Shown here: positions 1 through 8,305 of the stretch, piece after piece
Layout of the letters: every line of letters begins with the position of its first letter
Numbering within the stretch: position 1 is the stretch's first letter
Assembly: GCA_043819135.1 (NCBI GenBank)
Contig: JBDRFG010000072.1
Span: 8,240 to 72,239, forward strand
Source: Candidatus Eiseniibacteriota bacterium
GTDB taxonomy: Bacteria; Joyebacterota; Joyebacteria; Joyebacterales; Joyebacteraceae
Length of the DNA: 64,000 nt
Reading direction: 5' to 3'
Notes under the pieces: model-generated
What the model was told of the DNA's origin: nothing
Database searches by the model: none
The model's input: only the letters and a program-made list of their open reading frames with translations
Translations under genes and position numbers: made by a program

Positions 1-273
1 CGATGCCAAGGCTCGGCCAGCGGGCCCTGAGGTAGGTCCATTTCCTTCTCGACATGGCGAACCTCGTGACGGCATCGAGCAGGAAGACGCCGACGATGAC
101 CAGGTCCACCATACTTAGGAGCCGCTGCGCTTCCTCGCTCAGATAGAATCCGTACTGCGCGACCAGCGAGAAAGCGGCGATGACCGCGACCACGAACATG
201 ACGCGGGAAAGCCACCTGAGACTCCTGTCGCGGACGTCCTCGGTCAAATCGAATCCTCCCGGAGAGCTCATCA
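1..273 (-). CDS. Ion-transport (voltage-gated K+ channel-like) family membrane protein, N-terminal part; gene runs off the window start
   Basis: Reverse-strand translation from ATG at 273: MSSPGGFDLTEDVRDRSLRWLSRVMFVVAVIAAFSLVAQYGFYLSEEAQRLLSMVDLVIVGVFLLDAVTRF... The TM-helix pattern resembles S1-S2 of 6-TM ion channels. Truncated. Confidence 0.35.
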
Positions 274-398
274 AAAGCGTGCCGAGAATAGGGAGCGTGC
301 TCGCCGAATGTCAATGAAAAAGCCCGCAGAGGCTCTGTGCGGACCTGGAAGCGCCGCCCTGTAAGCAACGCGACCACCGTCGATTCGCCCGCGCGATG

Positions 399-1358
399 CT
401 AGGGAGTGCCTGACCCCGGGTACGAAAGGCCGAAGCGCGTCCTGTAGTAGCCCCTGGACCCGAAGTAGACGAGAGCGAGCAACAGAAGCAGGTAGGGCGC
501 CCGCACCGACGCGACCAGCGCGAAAGCGGCGACCATGGACTGGTTCGCAGCGATCCGGTCTGACCTGACTCGCGTCACGTGCGCTCTGACAAGAAGCGGA
601 AGCGAGAGAAGCGGGCCGAAGAAGCCGAGCGGGTCCCGAAAAAGCGCGCCGGCAACCCCGGCGGCTCCGACCAGGACGAGCGAGAGAGCGCTCGCTCCGC
701 GGGCTCCCAGCACGGCCGCTGTCGTTCTCAGTCCCTCGGACCTGTCGCCCTCGACGTCGAGCACGGTCGTCGATGCCGTCACGCCGGCCACGGCCAGCGT
801 GTAGGTCAGACCCACGGGGACGAGCGCCTGCGTCAGCGGCGACACGGCGGCCCATCCGGCCGCGGCGGAGACGAAGCCGAATCCCAGTCCGTTCCACGCC
901 ATGTCCCATGGACAGCGTGATTTGGCCCTGAGAGGTGGCGCGGAGTATGTAACGTTCAGGAACAGCGACGCCGCAAGGGCGAGCTTGAAGCCCGCGGACA
1001 GAGGGAGCGCGAGTGCGGCCGCCAGAACCCACACGACCGCCAGTTCCGCCCACGCCGCGCGCGTCGAGATGAGCCCCCTCGGCAGGAAGAAGAGCTTCTC
1101 GTTAACCCGATCGGTCTCGACATCGGTAATCTGGTTCAGCAGGCAGCCGCCGCCAAGAACGGCGGTCATCGCGCCGAATCCCAGCAACACGTCTTTCGGA
1201 GGGAAGAACAACGGAAGGCAGACGCCACTAGCCCTCGCCGCCAGTGCGGCGCCGGCAAAGAAGAAGACCCACATGCCGACTACGACCGTGGGTCTCAGAA
1301 TGAACACGAAATCCAGAGCACGAAGAACCGGGTTCCTCAGGTCCTCGGGACCGGCCAT
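399..1358 (-). CDS. UbiA-family polyprenyltransferase (integral membrane)
   Basis: 319 aa, multi-TM. Contains the NxxxDxxxD prenyl-diphosphate motif (NQITDVETDR). Second Asp-rich region present. Confidence 0.7.
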   Translation of the reverse strand: MAGPEDLRNPVLRALDFVFILRPTVVVGMWVFFFAGAALAARASGVCLPLFFPPKDVLLGFGAMTAVLGGGCLLNQITDVETDRVNEKLFFLPRGLISTRAAWAELAVVWVLAAALALPLSAGFKLALAASLFLNVTYSAPPLRAKSRCPWDMAWNGLGFGFVSAAAGWAAVSPLTQALVPVGLTYTLAVAGVTASTTVLDVEGDRSEGLRTTAAVLGARGASALSLVLVGAAGVAGALFRDPLGFFGPLLSLPLLVRAHVTRVRSDRIAANQSMVAAFALVASVRAPYLLLLLALVYFGSRGYYRTRFGLSYPGSGTP

Positions 1359-1372
1359 TAGCTCCCTCCTGC

Positions 1373-1840
1373 TCAGGAACCGGCGCCGCCGTGGCCGCCC
1401 GTGTGACCGAATCCGCCCGCGGCCCGACCGGTGGACGTGAGAGCCTCCCCCTCCACCCAGGAAACTGTCGTGACCCGGGCGACCACCAGCTGCGCGACTC
1501 TGTCTCCTCGCGCCACTGTGAAGGGCTCACGACCAAGATTGGCCAGGATGACGCCTATCTCGCCCCTGTAGTCAGAGTCGATGGTGCCCGGGCTGTTGAG
1601 CACGAACACGCCTTGCCTGAGAGCCGTGCCGCTCCGAGACCGCACCTGGGCCTCGTACCCTCGGGGCACCGCCACAGCGAAACCGGTCGGCACGAGCTCG
1701 ATCGTGCCGGGGGCGATGCTCACCGGCTCCGGGACCGCGGCGGGAAGGTCCATCCCCGACGCCCCGTCACTCATGTAACGAGGCAGGGGCAGACCCTCGG
1801 ATCCCGGAAGCCGTAGTATCTCGACCTCGATCCTGTCCAT
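1373..1840 (-). CDS. dut: dUTP diphosphatase (dUTPase)
   Basis: Motifs SGASGMDL, RSRSGTALRQG, GTIDSDYRGEIGVIL. The track ORF is N-extended to 1978; start reassigned to the internal MDRIEVEILRLP (ATG near 1840). Confidence 0.85.
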   Translation of the reverse strand: MDRIEVEILRLPGSEGLPLPRYMSDGASGMDLPAAVPEPVSIAPGTIELVPTGFAVAVPRGYEAQVRSRSGTALRQGVFVLNSPGTIDSDYRGEIGVILANLGREPFTVARGDRVAQLVVARVTTVSWVEGEALTSTGRAAGGFGHTGGHGGAGS

Positions 1841-1955
1841 CGCCAAACCCACTCCGCATTCGGATGCACCGGCGGCGACCCTGTCAGTAATCAGACCCGA
1901 CGGCGGTCGTTTCCGACCGCCGCCGGTCCCACTCTGCTCTCTCGCCACAGGTGAG

Positions 1956-4142
1956 CTAGCGCCTTGGGCGGCCGCCACCCGACGGGCGTCCGCCGGACCT
2001 GCCGCCGGGCCGTGAGCCTGAACGCTCTCTCGGCCGCTCGCTACGCTTCGGCTCCACGTAGCCCTCGGGCTTCTCCAGAAGCGCCCTGCGTGAGAGCCTT
2101 ACCTTGCCGTGGTCCTCGATACCGATGACCTTGACCTTGACCATCTCTCCCATCTTCACCACGTCCTCAACAGAATTGACGCGGTGGTACTCGAGTTCCG
2201 AGATGTGGCAGAGGCCGTCACGATTCGGGAGTATTTCGATGAAAGCGCCGAAGTCCGTGATGCTCTTGACGGGCCCTTCGTACACCTCACCGACCTCGGG
2301 CACCTTCATCATGAGTTCGATGGACTCGCGGGCTGCGTTGACGCCCTCCTGCGAGTCACCGGAGATCTTGACGATGCCCTCGTCGTTGATGTCGATCTTG
2401 GTCTCGGTCTCTTCCTGCAGCTTCCTGATGACTCTGCCGCCTGGGCCGATGATCTCGCCGATCTTGTCCGACGGCACCGACACCATGACGATCCGTGGCG
2501 CGAAGTCCGACAGCTGCGGACGCGGCGCCGACAGGTGGCCGTCCATGATGTCCAGCATGTGGATCCGGGCGGTGTGAGCCTTACCGAGCGCCTCGCTCAG
2601 CAGCGCGGTCGGAATGGCACCGATCTTTGAATCGAGCTGGAAAGCGGTGATACCCTCGCGGGTGCCCGCCACCTTGAAATCCATGTCTCCCAGATGATCC
2701 TCGAGACCGAGGATGTCGGTCAGCACCGCGTAGCGGTCGCCTTCCTTGACAAGCCCCATCGCGACACCGGCAACGGCCGCCTTGATGGGCGCGCCCGCGT
2801 CCATCAGGGCCAGCGAGGCCGCGCAGACCGTGGCCATGCTCGAGGAACCGTTCGATTCGAGTACGTCTGACACGATTCGGATGGTGTAGGGGAAGACCTC
2901 GTCCAACGGGATGATGGGCGTCAATGCTCTTTCGGCGAGATTGCCGTGCCCGATCTCACGTCGACCCGGTCCCCTGATGGGCCTGACCTCCCCGACCGAG
3001 AACGACGGGAAGTTGTAGTGGAGCATGAAGCTGCGCCAGGACTCGCCCTCGAGAGCATCGATCTTCTGTTCGTCGCGGCTCGAACCGAGCGTCATGACCG
3101 CGAGAGCCTGCGTCTCACCGCGAGTGAACACGGCGGAACCGTGCGTCCTCGGCAGGACCGACGTCTCGCAGGTGATGGGACGCACATCGTCCGTGCCGCG
3201 CCCGTCCGCACGCTTGCCCTCGTCGAGTATCATTCGCCGGATCTCGGCCTTCTCGAGATCGTGCACGACTTCACCAATCGCCCCGCCGTGCTCCGGGTAG
3301 TCCTCGGCGAGACTCTCGACGGCCTCGTCCATGATGGCATCGATGGCATCGTATCTCGGCTGCTTATCGGGGATGCGTACCGACTTGGCCACGCGCGCGC
3401 CGTAGTCGTCCCGTACGCGCGTTTCGAGCCCAGCGGGCATCTGCGGCGCCGGGACCTCGATCTTCTTGATCTCGAGCTTCGAGAGGAGTTCTCTCTGCAG
3501 CGCGATGGCCTTCCTGACTTCCACGTGTGCGATCTCCAGCGCCTTCTGCATCTCGCCGTCTGATATCTCCAGCGCAGACCCCTCGACCATCAGAACCGCC
3601 TCGTCCGTCCCCGCGACGACGAGGTTCAGGCGGCTCTCTTCGAGCGTTCCGAACGTCGGGTTGACGAGGTACTCGCCGTCCTTGAGTCCGACCCGCACCG
3701 CGCCGATCGGCCCGTCGAATGGCGCCGTCGAGATAGACAGCGCGGCGCTGGCGCCAATGATGGCCAGGATGTCGGGATCGTTCTCCGTGTCGGCCGAGAG
3801 AACGTTGACGTAAAGCTGGATCTCGTTCCGCATGTGGGACGGCAGGAGCGGCCTGATGGGTCGGTCGATGAGTCTGGAACTCAGCACTTCCTTGGTCTGA
3901 GGTCTCCCCTCACGTTTGAAGAACCCGCCCGGTATCTTGCCGGCCGCGTAGAACTTCTCCCTGTACTCACAGAAGAGCGGGAGGAAATCACGTTGAATCT
4001 CGTGCTTCGAGATCGTGGCCGTTGCCAGGATGACCGTGTCGCCGTACTGCACCAGCGTGGCGCCACCGGCCTGCCTTGCGAGCCTGCCAGTCTCGATGGA
4101 CAGCGTTCTCCCTGCCCACTCCGTCTCTACCTTGTGCATCAC
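1956..4142 (-). CDS. pnp: Polyribonucleotide nucleotidyltransferase (PNPase) with C-terminal Arg/Gly-rich tail
   Basis: 728 aa. Two RNase PH domains, KH and S1 domains (GEVYEGPVKSITDFGAFIEIL). Ends in RSGSRPGGRSGGRPSGGGRPRR. Confidence 0.95.
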   Translation of the reverse strand: MMHKVETEWAGRTLSIETGRLARQAGGATLVQYGDTVILATATISKHEIQRDFLPLFCEYREKFYAAGKIPGGFFKREGRPQTKEVLSSRLIDRPIRPLLPSHMRNEIQLYVNVLSADTENDPDILAIIGASAALSISTAPFDGPIGAVRVGLKDGEYLVNPTFGTLEESRLNLVVAGTDEAVLMVEGSALEISDGEMQKALEIAHVEVRKAIALQRELLSKLEIKKIEVPAPQMPAGLETRVRDDYGARVAKSVRIPDKQPRYDAIDAIMDEAVESLAEDYPEHGGAIGEVVHDLEKAEIRRMILDEGKRADGRGTDDVRPITCETSVLPRTHGSAVFTRGETQALAVMTLGSSRDEQKIDALEGESWRSFMLHYNFPSFSVGEVRPIRGPGRREIGHGNLAERALTPIIPLDEVFPYTIRIVSDVLESNGSSSMATVCAASLALMDAGAPIKAAVAGVAMGLVKEGDRYAVLTDILGLEDHLGDMDFKVAGTREGITAFQLDSKIGAIPTALLSEALGKAHTARIHMLDIMDGHLSAPRPQLSDFAPRIVMVSVPSDKIGEIIGPGGRVIRKLQEETETKIDINDEGIVKISGDSQEGVNAARESIELMMKVPEVGEVYEGPVKSITDFGAFIEILPNRDGLCHISELEYHRVNSVEDVVKMGEMVKVKVIGIEDHGKVRLSRRALLEKPEGYVEPKRSERPRERSGSRPGGRSGGRPSGGGRPRR

Positions 4143-4178
4143 TTACCTCCAAGCGCGCCTGGGTATCGAAAGCAAGAC

Positions 4179-4202
4179 CCTCCCGCAAGCTCGCGGGAGG
4201 GC
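4179..4202 (-). terminator. GC-rich 9-bp stem-loop between rpsO and pnp (rpsO attenuator/terminator and pnp leader processing hairpin)
   Basis: Seen in sequence: ccctcccgc-aagctc-gcgggaggg is a perfect inverted repeat. On the transcribed strand it is followed by UCUUGCUUUCG. Confidence 0.45.
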
Positions 4203-4237
4203 CAGCAAATGGGCGGCGCGTAGTCTGCAGGTACCAA

Positions 4238-4507
4238 TTACCTGCGCAACCCCAGTTCCTTGATCACCAGCTTGTAACTGTCTGCCTTCTGGTCCTTGAG
4301 GTAGTTCAAAAGGCGACGCCTCTTGCCCACCATCTTCAGGAGACCAAGCCGTGAGTGGTTGTCCTTCTTGTGCATCTCGAAGTGCTGTGAGAGGGTCTCG
4401 ATTCTCTGCGTCAAGAGCGCGATCTGAACCTCGGCGGATCCTGTGTCCCCCGAGTGGGTTTCGAAGCGCTTGACGATGTCCCTCTTCGTCTCCTTGCTCA
4501 ACGACAA
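4238..4507 (-). CDS. rpsO: 30S ribosomal protein S15
   Basis: 89 aa, MSLSKETKRDIVKRF...GDTGSAEVQIALLTQRIETLSQH... Confidence 0.95.
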   Translation of the reverse strand: MSLSKETKRDIVKRFETHSGDTGSAEVQIALLTQRIETLSQHFEMHKKDNHSRLGLLKMVGKRRRLLNYLKDQKADSYKLVIKELGLRR

Positions 4508-4590
4508 TCTACGCTTCCTCCATGTCGAAGCTCTTCAACTGAACGGCACCTTGGTCAACCTAGCACAAGACCCACGGGGTGTCAAACGGG

Positions 4591-4620
4591 AAAAGGTCGC
4601 ACCTGAGGCCGCTCCCTCAG
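4591..4620 (-). terminator. Candidate intrinsic terminator downstream of ribF
   Basis: Inverted repeat ctgagg...cctcag (6 bp). On the minus strand it is followed by CCUUUUCCC. Confidence 0.3.
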
Positions 4621-4634
4621 CCGTCGGGCCCGAT

Positions 4635-5567
4635 TCAACCCTCGTCCCTGCCTCCGGCTATCGCTCTGGCGCGCTCCATGTCCTCGCTGATGCGCCTCGT
4701 CAGCTCCTCGCGGCTCCCGAAATGCGCGTCGCCTCTCAGGTGCTTCCGTACCCCGACGACCAGTTCTCGCCCGTAAAGGTCACCTTCGAAGTCCAGGACG
4801 TGAACCTCCGCGACACGCTGTCCGCCGTCCAACGTTGGCCTCGTGCCGACGTACAGGAGCCCGGGCCGTCCTCCCATGGTCTCGACGGTGGCGAAATAGA
4901 CACCGTCGCCGGGCAGTAGCTTCTCCGCGGGCGTGCTGAGATTGGCTGTCGCGCTGCCCAGCTCCCTTCCCACACCGCTGCCCTGCACCACGTGCCCCCC
5001 TACCGCATAAGGACGCCCGAGCATCGCGGCCGCGGCCTGGACGTCGCCGCGTGCCACGGACTCGCGGATCCTGGAACTGGATATCGGGAGACCCCCGTGC
5101 TCGACCGGTGGAACGACGTCGAGGCCGTAGCCCAGCTCCGCTCCCATCGTGGACAGGGTCGAGAGGTCGCACGCTCGTTCGCGACCCATCTGAAAATCGT
5201 AGCCCAGGACAAGGTGTGACCCGCGGGACACACCCAACCACCTCAGGAACGTGGACGCGTCTTCCGACGCGATCTCCGGCGTGAAGTCGACGACCAGCGT
5301 CACGTCTATGCCCGTACCGGCCATCGCATCCAGTCGCTCCTTGAGTGGCGTCAGAAGCTGGGGCGCGCGCTCCGGATGAATGACCGACAGCGGATGGGGA
5401 TCGAACGTGACCGCGACGCACGTCCCGCGCCGCGCCTTCGAACTGCCGACCAGTTCGGCGATCACGGCCTGGTGTCCCAGATGGAGGCCGTCGAAGTTCC
5501 CAAGTGTGAGCGTCAGCTGCTCCGAGCTATCGGCCGCAAGCTCTGTCGGTGTGTATGCGATTCTCAT
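4635..5567 (-). CDS. ribF: Bifunctional riboflavin kinase / FMN adenylyltransferase
   Basis: 310 aa. N-terminal GNFDGLHLGHQ adenylyltransferase motif. C-terminal riboflavin kinase domain. Confidence 0.9.
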   Translation of the reverse strand: MRIAYTPTELAADSSEQLTLTLGNFDGLHLGHQAVIAELVGSSKARRGTCVAVTFDPHPLSVIHPERAPQLLTPLKERLDAMAGTGIDVTLVVDFTPEIASEDASTFLRWLGVSRGSHLVLGYDFQMGRERACDLSTLSTMGAELGYGLDVVPPVEHGGLPISSSRIRESVARGDVQAAAAMLGRPYAVGGHVVQGSGVGRELGSATANLSTPAEKLLPGDGVYFATVETMGGRPGLLYVGTRPTLDGGQRVAEVHVLDFEGDLYGRELVVGVRKHLRGDAHFGSREELTRRISEDMERARAIAGGRDEG

Positions 5568-5639
5568 GCAGTTGTCCCGATCTAGTTCGCAGGCCGGACG
5601 CCCCGAACGTACGGAGCTTCATTGCCGTCTCGCGCCCGT

Positions 5640-6614
5640 TCAGACGGGTTCCGTGAAAACCCGTACGGGCTGGATCCTGACCTTCGCGGTATTCGCGTCG
5701 TCGCTCGCGCGCGCCGCCGGAGTGGCCGCTGCCGCCGTGCCGTCTTCTGAAACATCACTACCGACAACGTCAACGCGTTTCCCCACCGCCGCGAGCTCGA
5801 CTCCGTCCGCGCTCAGCCGGAAAAGAGTCGCTCCCGCGTCCGTCAGCCGCTCGAGATCGACTTCTATGGCGCCCCCGGTCGAGAGAACGTCCTCTTCTCT
5901 CTCGGTGACGCGAAGCTCCGGCATGAAGGAAAGAGCCTCATGCATGGAGTACCCCGTCTCCTGACCGCTGATGCCCTCTCGGGTCAGAGCGCCCAGCCGA
6001 GTCGCGGCCTCAAGCGTGAAGGCACCGACGCCCGTCCTCGCAAGCTCTCCCAGGTGGGCGCCGCACCCCAGCAGCTCCCCGATGTCCGCTGCCAGCGTGC
6101 GCACGTAGGTTCCCTTGGAGCACGACATCTCGAACTCGATCTCGGGGAGCTCGACGGCAAGAACTCGCAGGCCCGTTATGGTGACCGGCCTCGGTTCGCG
6201 CTCGACCACCTGACCTCGTCTGGCCAGAACGTAGAGCGGTGTTCCCTCGCGCTTGAGGGCCGAAACCATGGGCGGGACCTGTTGGGTCTCTCCCTCGAAG
6301 GCCTCAAACGCATCTTCTATCTGCGCTCGGGTGATCCCGGAGGGGTCGGCGGTCGCCTCCACCTTCCCCGTGGCATCCTGGGTGTCGGTGGTGACTCCCA
6401 GCACTATGCGTCCGTGGTATCGCTTGTCCAGATCGACGAAGAACTGGGCAAGCCTCGTGGCCTTCCCCACGAGCAACACGAGCACACCCGTCGCGGCAGG
6501 GTCGAGCGAGCCGGCGTGGCCAACCTTCTGGATCCTCGTCAGGCGGCGCACGCGCGCAACGACGTCATGTGACGTGAGGCCCTTCGGTTTGTCGATGACC
6601 AGAACGCGGTTCAA
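5640..6614 (-). CDS. truB: tRNA pseudouridine(55) synthase
   Basis: LVIDKPKGLTSHDVV...HAGSLDPAATGVLVL catalytic Asp motif. 4-nt overlap with nrnA stop. Confidence 0.9.
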   Translation of the reverse strand: MNRVLVIDKPKGLTSHDVVARVRRLTRIQKVGHAGSLDPAATGVLVLLVGKATRLAQFFVDLDKRYHGRIVLGVTTDTQDATGKVEATADPSGITRAQIEDAFEAFEGETQQVPPMVSALKREGTPLYVLARRGQVVEREPRPVTITGLRVLAVELPEIEFEMSCSKGTYVRTLAADIGELLGCGAHLGELARTGVGAFTLEAATRLGALTREGISGQETGYSMHEALSFMPELRVTEREEDVLSTGGAIEVDLERLTDAGATLFRLSADGVELAAVGKRVDVVGSDVSEDGTAAAATPAARASDDANTAKVRIQPVRVFTEPV

Positions 6615-7603
6615 ACATCCCCCTCGGCCATGGTCTCCCGGACGGCGTCGAGCAGCAGATGGCGAGCCGACTCGAGGGGACCCTCGAGCAACACGCCCGA
6701 GGCCGATTTGTGGCCGCCTCCGCCCAGACGGCCCGCGACGGCGTTGACATCCACGCCGCCCTTGGAACGAAGGCTGGCCCGGATGCGACCGTCCTCCTCG
6801 CGCAGCAGAAGCGCCACTTCAACACCACGCACTAGTCGTCCGAACGAGGCGATCCCTTCGATGTCCTCGCCGGTCGACCCCGTCTCGCGCTTCATGCGCT
6901 CCGTCAACACGGACACCGCCACGTTGCCGTCCAGCTCGGTCACGGTTGACGAGAGGACCATCCCCAGAAGTCTCAGACGCCCGAGAGGCTGTTCACCGTA
7001 GACCGCGTTGGCCAGGCCCGCGGGGCTGGCGCCCAGAGCCACGAGCTCCGCCGCTGCCTGGAGCGTCCTGGAGTCGGTGTTTCCGAACCGGAATCCGCCG
7101 GTGTCGGTCATCACCCCCACGTAAAGCGCCGACGCGATCTCTGAGGTGAACTCGCTGGAAGTCGACAGGAGTTCGTACAGCATGAGAGCAACGGACGACG
7201 CGGTGACGTCCACGACGTTGATGTCACCGTAGATTGCATTGTCGGGGTGGTGATCGATGTTGACTACCGTGGCAGCTCCGTTCAGAACCGCGCCCGGTAT
7301 CGCTGCTCTCGATGCGCTCGGGGTATCCATAACGAGGACGGCGTAGTCCTCGATGTCGGACGGAGCCTCGACGAGCACGCGTTCCGCCGTCGGCAGGAAG
7401 CCGAAAGGATCGGGCACCCCGTCGGTGCTGACGACCTCCGCGCGCCTGCCGCGCCCCTCAAGCCACAGCCTGAGCCCGAGAGCGCTTCCCAGAGCATCGC
7501 CGTCGGGCCTTCTGTGAAACGTGAGCACGAAGGGCCCCGGACCCTCAAGCGTCAGGAGCATCCTCTTGCGGCTCTCCGCCGTCGTCTTCGTCAGATCCGT
7601 CAT
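6611..7603 (-). CDS. nrnA: DHH/DHHA1 phosphoesterase (NrnA-like oligoribonuclease / pAp phosphatase)
   Basis: DHH motif (NIDHHPDN) and DHHA1 GGGGH motif. Start moved to internal MTDLTK so it does not overrun rbfA. Confidence 0.8.
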   Translation of the reverse strand: MTDLTKTTAESRKRMLLTLEGPGPFVLTFHRRPDGDALGSALGLRLWLEGRGRRAEVVSTDGVPDPFGFLPTAERVLVEAPSDIEDYAVLVMDTPSASRAAIPGAVLNGAATVVNIDHHPDNAIYGDINVVDVTASSVALMLYELLSTSSEFTSEIASALYVGVMTDTGGFRFGNTDSRTLQAAAELVALGASPAGLANAVYGEQPLGRLRLLGMVLSSTVTELDGNVAVSVLTERMKRETGSTGEDIEGIASFGRLVRGVEVALLLREEDGRIRASLRSKGGVDVNAVAGRLGGGGHKSASGVLLEGPLESARHLLLDAVRETMAEGDV

Positions 7604-7961
7604 TGTGCCCTTCCGAATCTTCCCGGTCGACCTGCTTGAGCACTTCGGCAATGCGGATGTAGTTCTCCGAGGAATCGTCCAGGAGGAACGTGAGCTCCGG
7701 TGCTATCCGGAGCCGAAGCGAGTGCGCCAGTTCTCCCCTGACGAAGCGACGGGCCTTTCGCAGGAAGCGAAGCGACTGCTCCCTCTCCTCCTTGTCGACG
7801 AGGAAACTGACGAACACCTTCGCGTAGCGGAGGTCCTCCGAGAGATCGACCCGCGTCACGGTCACCATGCCGATGCGCGGATCGCCCAGCTTCCTGTCCA
7901 GAATGAAGCTGAGTTCTCTCTTGATGGCCTCGCCCGCCCTGAGAACTCTCTTGTGCGCCAA
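7545..7961 (-). CDS. rbfA: Ribosome-binding factor A
   Basis: RbfA KH-like fold signature ...IGMVTVTRVDLSEDLRYAKVFVS... Acidic C-terminal tail. Confidence 0.9.
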   Translation of the reverse strand: MAHKRVLRAGEAIKRELSFILDRKLGDPRIGMVTVTRVDLSEDLRYAKVFVSFLVDKEEREQSLRFLRKARRFVRGELAHSLRLRIAPELTFLLDDSSENYIRIAEVLKQVDREDSEGHNDGSDEDDGGEPQEDAPDA

Positions 7962-8000
7962 CGCCGTTCCCTCCGGCAGACTCTCGCTCCGCGGCCTGCC

Positions 8001-8282
8001 CTATCTGATATCCAGCGACTTGTCGATGACCTCGACTCTCGGGTCGGAAGAGACCAGATTCAACACCTTGGACAGGACTTCATTGACAAAGCGGCCATCG
8101 TTCGCGACGACCGCTACGCCAATCACAGCTCTCTGCCAGAGGTTCTGGTCCCCGACGTCAGCCACGGACACGTTGAACCTCGACCGAATCCTGTCTATCA
8201 GGCTCTTGACGACTCTTCTCCTCGACTTCAGCGAGTGACTCTCGCGGATCAGGAGAACGATCTCAAGAGTGCCTACCGTCAC
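8001..8282 (-). CDS. DUF503 (YlxP-like) protein in the infB-rbfA interval
   Basis: 93 aa. Position and size match the conserved ylxP-type gene between infB and rbfA. Confidence 0.7.
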   Translation of the reverse strand: MTVGTLEIVLLIRESHSLKSRRRVVKSLIDRIRSRFNVSVADVGDQNLWQRAVIGVAVVANDGRFVNEVLSKVLNLVSSDPRVEVIDKSLDIR

Positions 8283-8305
8283 AGTACGAAACCTCTGCGC
8301 GGGAC

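Noticed and set aside
1373-1978. 201-aa extended dut ORF (also the extended rimP, nrnA, lptB, hpf, IIC, MBL, lptF and EamA ORFs)
   Set aside because: The upstream extensions overlap neighbouring genes and lack homology. Internal Met/GTG starts that match family N-termini were adopted.
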